A DNA stretch of 64,000 bases from Eledone cirrhosa (Eukaryota), in the NCBI GenBank assembly GCA_964016885.1, contig OZ024743.1:57474001-57538000 (forward strand), read 5' to 3'. Shown here one piece after another: positions 13,466 to 28,316 of this stretch (position 1 is its first letter; every line of letters begins with the position of its first letter). The notes beneath the pieces were generated by a model. It was not told the DNA's origin. It worked only from the letters and a program-made list of their open reading frames with translations, and made no database searches. The position numbers were made by a program, and so were the translations under genes.

Positions 13466-14974
13466 TTCTTCTGGTTTTATAATTTCACAAATCTTTGCCA
13501 ATAGAGAGAGAGTCGGATTCTCACATGGACACAAGACTCTCTCATTGGAATTTACACATCAACTAGGTAGATATGTATGTATGCATGCATGTGTAGATAT
13601 GGATGTTATTGTATGTGTGGATGTGGATGTTTTGAGTTGTATGCGTGCATGTGCATATGCTTTGTATCTGTACATGTGTATATGCGGTTATTAGATGCAA
13701 AAATGTTGGAATGTTTTACATATTTTTACTGTTCCATTAATGGATTGTACTTGTAATTTCCTAACTAGTTGTATTCTTTCTGTTCCTGTGAAGCCCAGTT
13801 TCTCAAGATTTGTATTGAGGCAGTTATAACATACCCCAGTGCCCCAATAATCACAGGCATAAATCTGAAGGTGTAATCAGGGTGGAGTATCTGCAGATTT
13901 CTCATCAGTTCTATATAAATATTCTCCTTTTCACTAATCTTTGATATTATATTGACATCTGCTGGGCAGCTATTTTCCACTACTGTGCATGCTTTCTTCT
14001 CCCTGTCCCATATCATAATATCTGGTCTGTTATGCCTGAATGTTATTGGGGTTTTTACTGGAACATTCCACCAGTACTCTTTCATATGCATATGGATGTC
14101 TTCCACATTGCTGTACCCTTTAATGTGTTTATTATCGGGGCTATCTTTTTTACGGATTGCATTGTACAGTGTTTTGGCCACTACATCATGCCTCATAGGT
14201 AGATAGTACCGCGATGATATCTTTAGACAGCTGCTGATGACATGGGTGATATCTTTGATGTTAGTTTTGCAGAGTCTGGCTTGTTCCTTATTACATCTAG
14301 GTGTTTTTCCTGCATCTCTATCTCTTTTGTGAATCAGGTATTTCGTGTTAATTTCCTGTTCTTGGATTGCAAAAGCGTATCCTTCAAAGTGGGGGCCAAT
14401 ATAGCGGTTGTCGGTCCAAGATAGACTACTTTCTTTATCTATATTACTCTCACTCTGGAGCTTCCTGGCAACATATCCATGCATGATTTTTTGCTGATAA
14501 GCAAGCAGTTTTTCATCCATGGATTCACTGCGATACTGCTGAGCGACTTCCCTGGTTATGAGTTTTTGATTATCACACAGGGAATACCTCTCGAAGAGTT
14601 CCTTCCCAGCTCTCATGATCTTATCTGTTTCATGCAGATAGACTTGCTCGAGCGACGGGCTCCTACGCTTCGAGGTTAGTAGATGTTGTCGGAAGGATAA
14701 TGCTTTCTGGACTCTGCCTCTCTGCTTACGTTTCAAGTAAAGTCGGTCTATGTCACTGTTGATGTGGAAGTTTCCGGTGTTGTTTAGTATTTTTCAAGTT
14801 CCAACATCAACTGCTCGATTTCGTATATTGTCCAATTGAGTATTCCAAACGCTGGTGTTAGGACAGGCACATCAAACACATTGTGAGCCACTGTTTGGTT
14901 TGCGCAGAGAGTTCCGATGACCAAATCTTTCTTAATCGGGTGTAGTATTCCCTGGTTACGCGTTCCTTATTACA
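13466..14974 (-). mobile_element. R4/Dong-type RLE retrotransposon, family B, 5'-truncated
   Basis: ORF 13765-14736: AIQEQEI, RHDVVAK, HNRPDIMIWD..VENSCP; 3' end CCAGAAGAA|CATAC. Confidence 0.92.
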
Positions 14975-14987
14975 TTTTCCTATTACC

Positions 14988-15048
<61 letters not shown>

Positions 15049-15250
15049 ATATATATAGTGGGTAACAGGAACATGTAATAAGAAACGCATAACCAGGGAA
15101 TATTACACATTGAATACTACGTTTTCCTATTACCCAAAATATATATATAGTGAGTAATAGGAAAATGTTCAAGACCCCGACGGCAGAGTCCAGAAATAGC
15201 CGTCGAATTGACTTGAGCTCTGCCGTCGGGGTCTACAATATTTTCCTATA
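14940..15250. repeat. Nested fold-backs around (TA)n involving Dong-B sequence and a PLE-terminus family
   Basis: 14941-14992 is approximately the reverse complement of 15055-15110; 15157-15250 is an imperfect palindrome related to 24910-25022 and 47160-47282. Confidence 0.7.
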
Positions 15251-15477
15251 TATATATATATATCACTATTTCTGGATGTATAAGTGTCTAACATAAGTTC
15301 TCTAAACGGTAAAAGCTGACAGGAAAAGCTCATCTATGTAGAGTATGGTTTTACTATTAAAATAAGGAATAAGGACTGATCGCTCTCAAACACATTTATG
15401 TATCTTATATCTGGGAGATACATGAATAATCCATTATCTCGGAAACATCTGGAATATCATCACCACTACCCCCCTCT

Positions 15478-15993
15478 CTTCTTCTTCTTCTTCTTCTTCT
15501 TCTTCTTCTTCTTCTTCTTCTTCTTCTTCTTCTTCTCCCCCTCCTCCCCCTTCCCCCTTCTCATCATCATCATAATCGTAGTCGTCATCGTTGATGTCAT
15601 CGTCGACGTCTTCATCATCATCATCATCATACCCACCACCACCGCTACCATCATCACGATCATCATCATCATCACCATCAGCATCATCATTATCATCGTC
15701 GTCATCATCATCACCACCATCATTGTCAACATCATCATCATCTACATCACTGTCGTTGCCACGACCATCCCCCTGATGGTCCTGAAAATCCCTCCTTCCC
15801 CACCCTCCTCCTCCTCACCCCCACTAACATCATCCAGAGACTCCTCATCCTTATACCCATTCTTCGCCTCCTCATTATTATTACCATAACTGTTGTTCTT
15901 ATAGTTATTACTACTACTACAGCTGCTGCTGCTGCTACTACTGCTACTACTACTACTACTACTACTACTACAGCTGCTGCTGCTGCTACTACG

Positions 15994-16044
<51 letters not shown>

Positions 16045-16144
16045 GCTGCTGCTGCTACTACTGCTGCTACTACTACTACTACTACTACTACAGCTGCTGC
16101 TGCTGCTACTACTACTACTACAGCTGCTGCTGCTGCTACTACTG

Positions 16145-16178
<34 letters not shown>

Positions 16179-16204
16179 AGCTGCTGCTGCTGCTACTACT
16201 GCTG

Positions 16205-16235
<31 letters not shown>

Positions 16236-16255
16236 AGCTGCTGCTGCTACTACTG

Positions 16256-16301
<46 letters not shown>

Positions 16302-16318
16302 AGCTGCTGCTGCTGCTG

Positions 16319-16355
<37 letters not shown>

Positions 16356-16363
16356 AGCTGCTG

Positions 16364-16430
<67 letters not shown>

Positions 16431-16450
16431 AGCTTCTGCTGCTGCTGCTG

Positions 16451-16493
<43 letters not shown>

Positions 16494-16510
16494 AACTACT
16501 GCTGCTGCTG

Positions 16511-16573
<63 letters not shown>

Positions 16574-16648
16574 TTACTACTACTACGACTACTACTATTG
16601 ATGATGATGATGATGATGGTGTTGATGCTGTTGATGCTACTACTACTG

Positions 16649-16697
<49 letters not shown>

Positions 16698-16699
16698 AG

Positions 16700-16766
<67 letters not shown>

Positions 16767-16770
16767 AACA
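15478..16770. repeat. (TTC)n, (ATC)n and long (TAC/TGC)n trinucleotide tracts
   Basis: Read directly from sequence. Confidence 0.97.
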
Positions 16771-16931
16771 GTTGTTATTTTTCCTGTTGAGAGTTTTATT
16801 AACCTTGTGATTCGTGATCTGGGGTTTTTACATTACGTGCTGACATCATTCCAAATCTGAAAACCCAAAAATCTATAAACATGAGCAAAACACAGGAAAT
16901 ACTATGTCATTACTGTAAAAAATAACATATA

Positions 16932-17095
16932 GACGCAGGAATGGCAATTGAGGAGTTCTCTTCGCTATCATATGGTTTGAGAATTCGGTCCTACTGCGCT
17001 AAACCGTCGCCAAATAATTTTCTACAATAGTCTCAATTTGTCTAATGCTTTTTGTGTGAGAAATTGGGTTAGACGGAAACTGCTGAATCTCCTTC
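16932..17095 (+). mobile_element. Decayed tRNA-derived SINE (same family as 45607-45775)
   Basis: GACGCAGGAATGGC... head; GGGTTAGACGGAAACTG... tail. Confidence 0.6.
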
Positions 17096-17172
17096 TATGT
17101 ATGTATGTATGTATGTATGTATGTATGTATGTATGTATGTATGTATGTATGTATGTATGTATGTATGTATGA

Positions 17173-18227
17173 ATAAAACAATGCCTGTGCAGTGAAGCTT
17201 TTATAGTGAGCAAAGGCACTGCACAAAGCCAGTCCCACTCTCTTAACCAAGATGATACTGGTAACATGTATCGCAGTACAACCTGTCTCATGGTCGGGTC
17301 GTTGGCGACTAAACTGGCAACCCCACCAAGGTTTCTTGGTGAGGAAGGTGACTTTGAACATCCTGCAGGACTAAAAACAAAACCTGTCAAAGAGCAAAGG
17401 AGCTCTTAAGAGTCAATGGCCATCCAAAATCACCGGGAGAGATGACCCCTTAGCCTTTGTCAAGGCAGAATTCTAGGAGAAGGAAAACTCTGATATAACA
17501 CCTGCAACTCTGATGGTATCCAATGATGTTGACTTGCTCGTCTTTTTGGTAAATATCATCTTGGTTAAGAGAGTGAGACTAGCTTTGTGCAGTGCCTTTG
17601 CTCACTATAAAAGCTTCACGGCACAGGCACTTTATATCTGGAGATCTCTCTGCACTTATCGTCACATGGTACTATGGGCCCAGCACTATGTGTCAATAAT
17701 TGTCACAAGTGTAGTGTTTGTACCAGAGTTTTCAAGTCGCTGGCTGGACTAAAAAGTCACACTCGTTCAGCGCATCGGTAGGAGTTCTCCTACATGGATA
17801 TAAAGTAGTGGCCGTACTCGAAAAGGAGTTGGCAGCCACCATGTATGTATAAAGCAATGCCTGTGCCGTGAAGCTTTTATAGTGAGCAAAGGCACTGCAC
17901 AAAGCTAGTCCCACTCTCTTAACCAAGATGATATTTACCAAAAAGAAGAACAAGTCAACATTATTGGATACCATCAGGGTTGCAGGTGTTATAAAAGCTT
18001 CACGGCACAGGCATTGCTTTATATCTGGAGATCTCTCTGCACTTGTCGTCACATGGTACCATGGGCCCAGCACTATGTGTCAATAATTGTCACAAGTGTA
18101 GTATTTGTACCGGAGTTTTCAAGTCGCTGGCTGGACTAAAAAGTCACACTCGTTCAGCGCATCGGTAGGGGTTCTCCTACATGGATATAAAGTAGTGGCC
18201 GTACTCGAAAACGAGTTGGCAGCCACC
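17173..18227 (+). mobile_element. Two tandem non-autonomous RTE derivatives, each preceded by an inverted internal fragment; (TATG)n tails
   Basis: CTAGGAGAAGGAAAACTCTGA (RTE-like 5'UTR motif); C2H2 remnant HKCSVCTRVFKSLAGLKSHTRSAHR* at 17704-17781; 3' hairpin GTGGCCGTACTCGAAAACGAGTTGGCAGCCAC; inverted pieces at 17173-17256 and 17850-17992. Confidence 0.75.
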
Positions 18228-18260
<33 letters not shown>

Positions 18261-18354
18261 TGTATGTATGTATGTATGTATGTATGTATGTATGTATGTA
18301 TGTATGGATGTATGTATGTATGTATGTATGCATATATGTATGTATGTATGTATG

Positions 18355-18746
18355 TTTTATCTTTCTCTTAATTTCGAGTATATTTTTTTGACCGGCCACC
18401 TTCCTGGTGGCAAGGTTGTAAAAGAAAAGAAATTGTCATCCCGTGAATCGCAAGAATGTTTTGCAAATTTTGAAGGTGCCAGCTATCGCAGCCATTTGCA
18501 GACTATGAATTAGGGAGCTGCGCTTTTTGTCCGCAAATCCAAGTTCAGTCATACTTTGTTCCAAGCGGGTTGGTATATAACCCGTAGCACCAATAATGAT
18601 GGGTATGAAGCTAAAGGTGTATCTTGGATACTGGATTTGTAAACTCCTCATCAATGGTCCGTAGATGTCCTCCTTCTCCTGTATTTTTCTGACAACGTTT
18701 ACATCAAGTGGGCAGCTGATCTCCACAACAGAACACGTTTTCAATG
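18355..18746 (-). mobile_element. R4/Dong-type family A, 3' fragment
   Basis: Reverse complement of 2463-2855; (TATG)n on both sides. Confidence 0.92.
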
Positions 18747-20503
18747 TATGTATGTATGTATGTATGTATGTATGTATGTATGTATGTATGTATGTATGTA
18801 TGTATGTATGTATGTATGTATGTATATACGTATGTATGTGCGCACGCATGCATATATGTATACATATATGTATATATGTAAGCATGCACACGCACACACA
18901 TATATATATATATGTCTGTGCGTGTGTGTGTGTGATAGACTCTGTTTATGTCCAGTAACTTAGCGGTTTAGCAAAAAGCCTCCGATGAAATATGTACCAG
19001 ACTTGAAAATGTAAGTGGATATGATCAACTAAATCCATTCAACCTTTTCTATCTATGCGTATTTCAATGAATGAATGAAAAGTTTCATTACTAAGATAGT
19101 AACTTAAAACATAGTTCTTAAATAAACTTTTTTCTGGACGATTTTGATTTAAAATCGACGAGGCTGTTTTATTTGGGTTCGTATCAAAAGGGTCAATAGC
19201 CGCAGTGTCTATTTTTGCTTTTAATTATAAACACTCCCACGTCATCTAACATTAAGGCTTGGATTAAATTTGTACCAAAGTCCTGGTAAGAGCCCTCTTT
19301 TCACTTTAGTTAAACCTTTAACTTGTTTTCAATTGTCAGAATACCAAAATTTCATTACAAATGAAAGGTGTCATGTCTTAAAACATCATAGCGACAACCA
19401 TCTCCGCTAAAGAAAAATGTATGTATTATAAATATATTATAAGTATAATAAAGAGAGGCGGTGAAAAGACAGAGTCATTAGAATTGCTTTGCAGTTTATT
19501 TCCAGCCCACTGCTCTTTATACTGGGATCGAATCTTCCTCTATATCTCTTTTCCACAGAAGAAATCGGCTAGAAGTTGGGCCCACCTACAACTCTATCAC
19601 AGATATTACAACACTAAATTATCTCGTTAGAAAGCTCCCTATTATCTTGCAAGACCTGTGAAAAATGCCGTAGCTATAGAGAGAGAGCTATCACCTCTTT
19701 GTCACAATACCAAAGAACGCTAGAAAGATTTCTATTATCTTGCCAGATCTGTGGAACGCTCTCTGTATTTTACTATAACTATAGAGAGCACTTTACACCA
19801 GACCATCATACCCACGAGTTTCATTATCTGTTTATAACTTTGTATGTGGTCATAATGGTAGAGAACTCTTTATTATCTGTACCTATATGTTTTGGTGCCG
19901 AGGGTCGGTCTGCCTGAGCTGGACAGTGGAATGACTTCTTACTGGCCTACAAAATGTCTCAAATATGTTGTGTTTATCACCTCTGCCGTGTTTATCATTC
20001 TACCTAATAGGTGGGTGTGAAAGCGAAAGCTCGGCGCTATAACCAATGCAATGCTCAGTTTGCTCTATCCTAAATTGCATATACTGGCGGCTGACCAACC
20101 CTTGTGAAACCATTCACCATAGAAACTCCATTGAAATAATGAGCTTACACCATGAATCCCTTTGACGAAGCCGGCTCACCCACCCTGGGTAAACGCCACT
20201 ACAAGCACAAGTAGGTAAGTATATGCTCTGAGATCGAATATATCCTCACCTTACAAATATGCAGACAATTGCTAATGTGGAAAAACATTACTATTGCAAG
20301 TGAAGAACATACGACGGCAGAAACAGTAAAGCATCAAACTAAACAACCTTCAGTATTCTAGTTTGTCATTTTCTCTTTCAACATTTTGAATTTAACACCC
20401 GCAGGTCTTCACTTATCACCCTAACATCTATGTACTGTGGTTGATTCATATCAACTTTGCCAACGTTTGAAATAAATTATTTCAGTGTAGAAAAACTGAA
20501 ATG

Positions 20504-20699
<196 letters not shown>

Positions 20700-20823
20700 T
20701 GTTTAATATAGAAATGTCTTCTACAGGATTGGAACTCTTTCATTCAAAAGAAATAATCTACTATTGAGTACCATTACTGTGGTTACACCGATTGAACCCA
20801 GGACCCACTCACTCACACACACG

Positions 20824-20937
<114 letters not shown>

Positions 20938-20986
20938 TGCATATATACATACACACATATATATATCTATATATAAATATATAAAG

Positions 20987-21128
<142 letters not shown>

Positions 21129-21429
21129 ACTACTACTCACTACTCACTAACTCTATACTCGACTACTACTGTTTATCACTACTTCACTACTCTCTATATG
21201 ATCACTATACTTACTGTACTACTACCTCATAAACTATTACATACACACTCACACTCACACTACATCTCACTACTGACAGCTGAGTATCAGTCCCCTAACC
21301 ACTCAGTTGCCTACAAAAGTCTGAAAGGAGCCCTTTGTGCAACAAATCTCCCTACTCTAACCGTGATCCTCCTGTACTATTCATAACCCCACACCCAGCC
21401 CAACCTTCCAGCACTCTCTCGTAACTATC

Positions 21430-21590
21430 TCATCCGCCTTTCAGCCGACACGGTGAAGCCATGCTGGGGTACAGTAAAAACTAAGAAACATTTACTTCAA
21501 AACTGAAGCATCTAGAGCTTGCAGGAGTCGAACTTGGTATCTCATGAATAGTAGCCAGGCACGTTATCCAATGCACCACAAGCCCCGATT
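21430..21590 (-). mobile_element. Decayed tRNA-derived SINE
   Basis: Minus strand reads GGGCTTGTGGTGCATTGGATAAC...AAGTTCGACTCC (A/B boxes). Confidence 0.5.
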
Positions 21591-21604
21591 ATACACACAC
21601 ACAC

Positions 21605-21703
<99 letters not shown>

Positions 21704-22117
21704 TGTGTGTGGGTGTGTGGGTGTGTGGGTGGGTGTGTGTGTTTATGTGTATGTATATGTGTGCATGTGATTTTCTATTAGCTTTTAGTACCCTATTTCC
21801 TATATACATGCTATATATATGCTATCGATCAGTTACGCCTGGCGACATGGCTACACACAAATGTATCGATCACCTATTGTTGCTATCAGCACTTCACATC
21901 GATCAGAAATTTACTAGCATCACTAGACAGATCGATCACTTGGTTAGTTCACAAGCACAGCATAGTTTATCGATTAGTTTCTCTTAGATCTATTACTTCA
22001 TAGATATGTGGCTTAAGTTTTGTCTTAAATATCATCTAATATATTATTACACTTAAAGTAAATGATAAAGTATGTCTACTCTTTTACAACAGTATCATAC
22101 TAAAACAACTATGAAGA

Positions 22118-22400
22118 CATGTGGCTTAATGGTTAAAATGTTGGGTTTACGATCTAAAGGTCGTGAGTTCGATTGTAGGCTGTGCGTTGTGTATTTGAGT
22201 ATGACACTTTATTTCATATCACTCCGGTTCACTAGGCTAGCAAAAATAAGTTGTACCTGTAACACAAAGAGCCAGCCTTATTCTACACAATATCCGGCCG
22301 AATCAACCCGAGAACAACGCTAAGGTACAGGTGTTTGTGGAATGCTCAGGCACTTGTACGTTAATTTCACATTATTCTAGGCCACTCAACTGGAAAAATG
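22118..22400 (+). mobile_element. tRNA-derived SINE (family also at 33180-33480, 33620-33870, 41445-41545, 41955-42245)
   Basis: GTGGCTTAATGGTTAA..GAGTTCGATT; shared tail GCTCAG(G/C)CACTTG(T/C)ACGTTAATTTCAC. Confidence 0.65.
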
Positions 22401-24286
22401 CTGGTTCAAATGGTAGTTTAAATGGTAGTTCAAATGGTAGTTCAAATGGTAGTTCAAATAGCCAGCCTTTTCATAGACTATATCATAGTGAATCTTTCTG
22501 AGAATTACATTAAAAGCACACACATATGCGCAATGCCCAGGCACTTGCACACTAATTTTACGAACAGACAGTTCCGATGTTTGAACAAGGGAAACGCTCG
22601 TCGTTACAGGTTACAGGTTTACATATATATATAATGGACGAGAGAGGTTTGTTAATTATGTTAGTATGTAGTAAAATTGTAGATATAATATATAGTTTAC
22701 TATCATATAGGTACTCATGGGTCTCGAATAATCGTCCCCCTTCCACTTATTAATGTATCAATTTTTTTCCAAATTCCCCCTCTTATCTTCCCCGTCTCCT
22801 CGCTTATTAAATTTTGCTAATCTATCTTCTTCGGCAAAATTTTAATTTAATTGTTAGCATTCCTGCGACAATTAATTTTCTCACCACGTTATGTATTTAT
22901 TAAACCAATGATAATATGTTGATAGTTTAATGCCCTCACTAGGTACTTGGAACATTTTTAGTGGAGTCCCCGATACTACAAGTAATCGGGATAGACCTTC
23001 GACGTGAACAAATTCTCCACACTCACCAATCATAGAGATCCTGAAGAAGGTCATGTGTGCCGCTTCGGACTCTGACAAATGATAAAGAAGAATTGAAATA
23101 TGTTAGCATCATTACTCACCATTTCACAGTTTGTTCAAAGTCTAACATCAAAGAGACTACGAAGTAGTCCACAGCTATACAGACTTACCTACAAACAAAC
23201 TTTAAACGTCTCACTAAACTTATCAAAACTATGGAGCATTGAATCCCAAAGGGGAAAAATATCTCTTCCAGAGAAGGAATTTTAGCCAAAAGAGGGATTG
23301 GGAACGGGGTTATAATCAGGACTGGGAAAGATTAACGTAAATTGTGTATTTATCAAATGGATCCTGATATACCAAAATATAACAGTGATAAGGAATTAAC
23401 AGTTTACAAGAAACAGCTGCCGTAGACTCAATCTAATTTAGGACAATACAATTATTTAGATTTGAAACACTTGCTCACGTTAATATGGTGTTCGAGTGAA
23501 CAAATTGCTAGTAAAAATGTCTCAGAAAAGAATCACTGGACAGATTTTACGGGCAAAAATTCAAAATAGAGGAGGAATTAAAAAAAAATAACTCAGGATT
23601 GTAAAGGGTAGAATGTGACTTGGATCTCTGAAAAACTACTAGACTTTTCAATTATTGATGTTTGAAAAGCTTTTCTCACTGAAAAAATTACTAGATGACA
23701 ATTCAAAAGATGGGAGGAAATTGATATTGCAAGGGAAGGAGTGTACCCTTGGGTATGCGAGAAACACCGTGATAGGGCAAGTATCAACAGTTTACTTAAT
23801 GAAAGAGAAAAACGAGACGTCTTAGAAATTTATCCATTTTATTACCATCTACTAGAGAAGATACAAGACCTGATCCATTCAAATAAGAAACTCAAAGTAT
23901 TGGAAAAACGTCAGGAAATTTCATATCTTCAGATAATATACAAAATGCAAACATGTCCACAATAGACGTTTCATATAGTCAGATGGTATACAAACATGTC
24001 CAGAATATAGTTTCATATTGTCACATAGTATACAAACATATCCAAAATGGAGTTTCATATACATTTATTCATTTATTTTTTACTGGTTTCAATCATTAGA
24101 CTGCGGCCAAGCTGTTGTATTTTAGTTCATCGTATCGAGCTCAGTATTTTTTTTCTATAACTAGTACTTATTTTATCAATCTGTATCGAACAGCTAAAAC
24201 GCGTGAGATAAACCAAACAGTAAATGTAAACACAAACGCAAACGCTCACATACACATACGTACATACATAACAACACCAACTCACG

Positions 24287-24385
<99 letters not shown>

Positions 24386-24414
24386 ACACACACACACACA
24401 CTGATATAGATACG

Positions 24415-24580
24415 AACGAACGGCTTCTCCAGTTTCCGCCAATCAATTTTCATTTATATGGCATTGGTGAAGACGAAGCTATAATAGAAAACACTTGTTC
24501 AATATACTACGCAGCAGGATTGAACACAGAACCACGTGGTTTTCATTATTACAAGCTCCGTCTCATTATCAAGGTCAACG
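24415..24580 (-). mobile_element. Decayed tRNA-derived SINE
   Basis: Reverse-complement similarity to 45607-45775. Confidence 0.5.
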
Positions 24581-24832
24581 CGACAGACATGTAGAGTCGT
24601 TCTTATACAAAAGTAGACGATCTCGACGTTCAGGGAATTTGACATTTCCTCTTCATATTATATTTAATAAACTTATATTATTAATAGTTATAGATATGTT
24701 GTATCGTTTGATTGGTTAAAAAAACTCCTGAGAAAAGAATGAAAATACATCAAAGCAACATGTGACGATATAATATTAATATAAGTACGTCATATGTGTG
24801 TATGAGTGTAGTTATATGTGAGTATATATATA

Positions 24833-25018
24833 TAACGAAGGAAATGTAGTAAGGAACCAGGTGGACCATAACGCACCAAAGTACTCAATACTTAGGGTAG
24901 TAGAGTGGGTAATAGGAACGAGTAGGACCTCGACGGCTGAGCTCAAGCCGTTTCGACGGCTAATTCCAGAATTAGCCGTCGAAACGGCTTGAGCTCAGCC
25001 GTCGGGGTCCTACTCGTT

Positions 25019-25022
<4 letters not shown>
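24833..25022 (-). mobile_element. PLE-terminus-like mini-element with terminal palindrome, in (TA)n
   Basis: Same family as 45803-45925 and 47160-47362; palindrome 24912-25022; TGAGTACT motif. Confidence 0.6.
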
Positions 25023-25964
<942 letters not shown>

Positions 25965-26634
25965 ATGTAGTAGTGACCAGATTTCGTTAGGGGATATAGA
26001 AGACTGTCAACATGAAATGGTTTGTGACTTGACAAGTCATAGTGTTTCCGTGGTGATCAACCGTGGGTACAATGAAAGTAATTCCAGGAGTGTTTATATA
26101 TAAGTAGCATAAATATAACAACTTCACAGTTAACTGGTTGAATGCGACGATAACACATTCCTTTAACAGAGTGTGTGGCAACATAAAAGAATGAATCGGG
26201 ATAAATATCCAACCACTATTAGACGCGAGTTTATATGCTAACACATATCTGAGGAGCTTCAGATTCCAGAGTCAGGATCGATCATTAATCGAAAGTTCCT
26301 CGAGCTGATCGACAGAGAAACATGTAATATGTACTTAACTATGTATATGATGCAACACTGATACTTTGTTTCCTTATATATTATCACAAACAAGGACAAA
26401 TCCCGCTCATCAGCTGTCTGCTGTGGGTCGCTGATGTTTTGACGTATTAAAGACAGTACATCTCACCACAGTGCGTTGGTGACTAAGAGGAATAGTTATC
26501 CGGGAAGAAAAACAAAACAAAAACAAAACAAAAGAATACAGAGACGATAGCGAAGACAACAACAAAAAAAGAAAATAAACAAAAGAAAAACATACCGAGA
26601 GAGAGAGAGGGAAACACAAGCAGCCTTTGATCAG

Positions 26635-26960
26635 GCTGAATCCACAAGTGAGACGGCCGAGCTCATGGATGTTATACATGTTATACAACCATCTTGCTCG
26701 GGGTCTACACTTGGCTCTCCTGCCGGTTTGTTTTGCCCGTAAAGCGATTCTTTCCTGAGATATTCTAACCACATGTCCATAGTATTGGAGCTCGGTCTCT
26801 CAATTCGGAGAAGTAGCGGCCCTACCTGGAGCGACCATCTGCTCTGATCTCTGAGCTACGCACTCTATCAAGTAATGTTAGGAACTGCTTGTATTTGCGA
26901 TCGTACTCTTTCGGTAATTACCCAAGATTCATGACCATAGATAAGGGTTGGATGACCATC
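26635..26960 (-). mobile_element. RTE-clade fragment (same family as 12075-12420)
   Basis: LQVGPLLLRIER..YYGHVVRISQERIA..TGRRAKCRPRARWL. Confidence 0.7.
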
Positions 26961-27191
26961 CCTCCTACACACATGCACACATTTTACTAAATGCTACAAG
27001 TACATACATCTGGGAATATTTTTAAAATTTGGAAACGTATATATTTATTCCGAATTTCCAATTCCATCGTATCGAATATTCCAGATATTGTGTTACGTAA
27101 GAAATATTGGTAAAGCATACGGTATCTAAAATATATTGTATAATGTTTTTCCTATTCACTTCGCATGTATGGGTATAGGTTTGTATGTATG

Positions 27192-27519
27192 TTCTTCTAG
27201 TTTTATAATTGTATAAATATTTACCAATAGAGAGAGAGTCAATTTCTAACATAGATACAAGACTGTCATTGGAATTAAACATCAACTAGGTAGATAGGTA
27301 TGCATGTCCGTATGCATGTGTGTGCAGATATGTATGTTATTGTATGTGTAGATGTGCATGTTTTGAGTTATATGTGTGCATGTGCATATGCTTTATATCG
27401 GTGTATGTGTATATGCAGTTATTAGATGCAGAATTTTTGGAATGTTTTACATATTTTTACTGTTCCATTAATGGATTGTACTTGTAATTTCCTAACTAGT
27501 CGTGTTCGTTCTGTTTGTG
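27192..27519 (-). mobile_element. R4/Dong-type family B, 3' fragment
   Basis: Matches 13466-13790; TATG junction at the 3' end. Confidence 0.88.
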
Positions 27520-27666
27520 TTAGTCACACACCCCTGCAACCGCGCAGTGCTGTCGAGATGACCTGAAACCAGAAGGGGGCGGGCAACCAGAGCAAAAACA
27601 CAATTTTTTAGTCCGCTCCCTTTCACATAAAATTGCTTCAGAAATGTAACCTTTTAATCAACTTTT

Positions 27667-27717
27667 GTTCTCTGAAGAGATCACGATTTTTATCGTCATT
27701 GAAATATATATAACGGC
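27667..27717 (+). ncRNA. Type I hammerhead ribozyme (weak stem I)
   Basis: CTGAAGA GAT-C-ACGAT TTTT ATCGT-C-ATT GAAA TATATA TA. Confidence 0.62.
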
Positions 27718-27762
27718 TCAATTAATAAAGGACTCTAACAGTTTCAACTTCGCATTTTCACA

Positions 27763-27827
<65 letters not shown>

Positions 27828-28080
27828 ACGCTTACGTGGACTTCCCAAAATTCGTTGGATTTTCTAATTGGATTTTCACCCCGAAACTGGATACCAACCC
27901 GGAGTACACCTGAACTTCCACCAGGAAATCTTTCGTATCATTGAAATTTTCTTTGCTTCTTGTATTTAAATATTCCACGACTCTCTACCACTTCCCTCTA
28001 CTACAATCTTCTTACACTACCTTCTTCTTCTCACCTGTCTAACCCGCCCGTCCCCTCAATCTATCTTATCTCTCATTCTT

Positions 28081-28116
28081 TCTTCTGATCAAGGACTGGC
28101 GTCCGAAACGTTAAGA
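28081..28116 (+). ncRNA. Minimal hammerhead motif with G8C core mutation (probably inactive)
   Basis: TCTT CTGATCA A GGAC TGGC GTCC GAAA CG TT AAGA, preceded by a pyrimidine-rich tract. Confidence 0.55.
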
Positions 28117-28197
28117 CCCTCTTCCTGCTATATAAAACGTTAACCTAATACATCCCTTCGATATACTGTACCGATTGTGTTGCGATTTCTGTTTACC

Positions 28198-28293
<96 letters not shown>

Positions 28294-28316
28294 GCACACA
28301 CACACACATATATATA

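Noticed and set aside
19400-20450. Possible host exon(s), including a GTAAGT donor near 20215
   Set aside because: No convincing reading frame or recognisable protein.
22950-23965. Decayed coding-like sequence (also 30150-30850)
   Set aside because: Could be old transposon remnants, but no diagnostic motif could be read.
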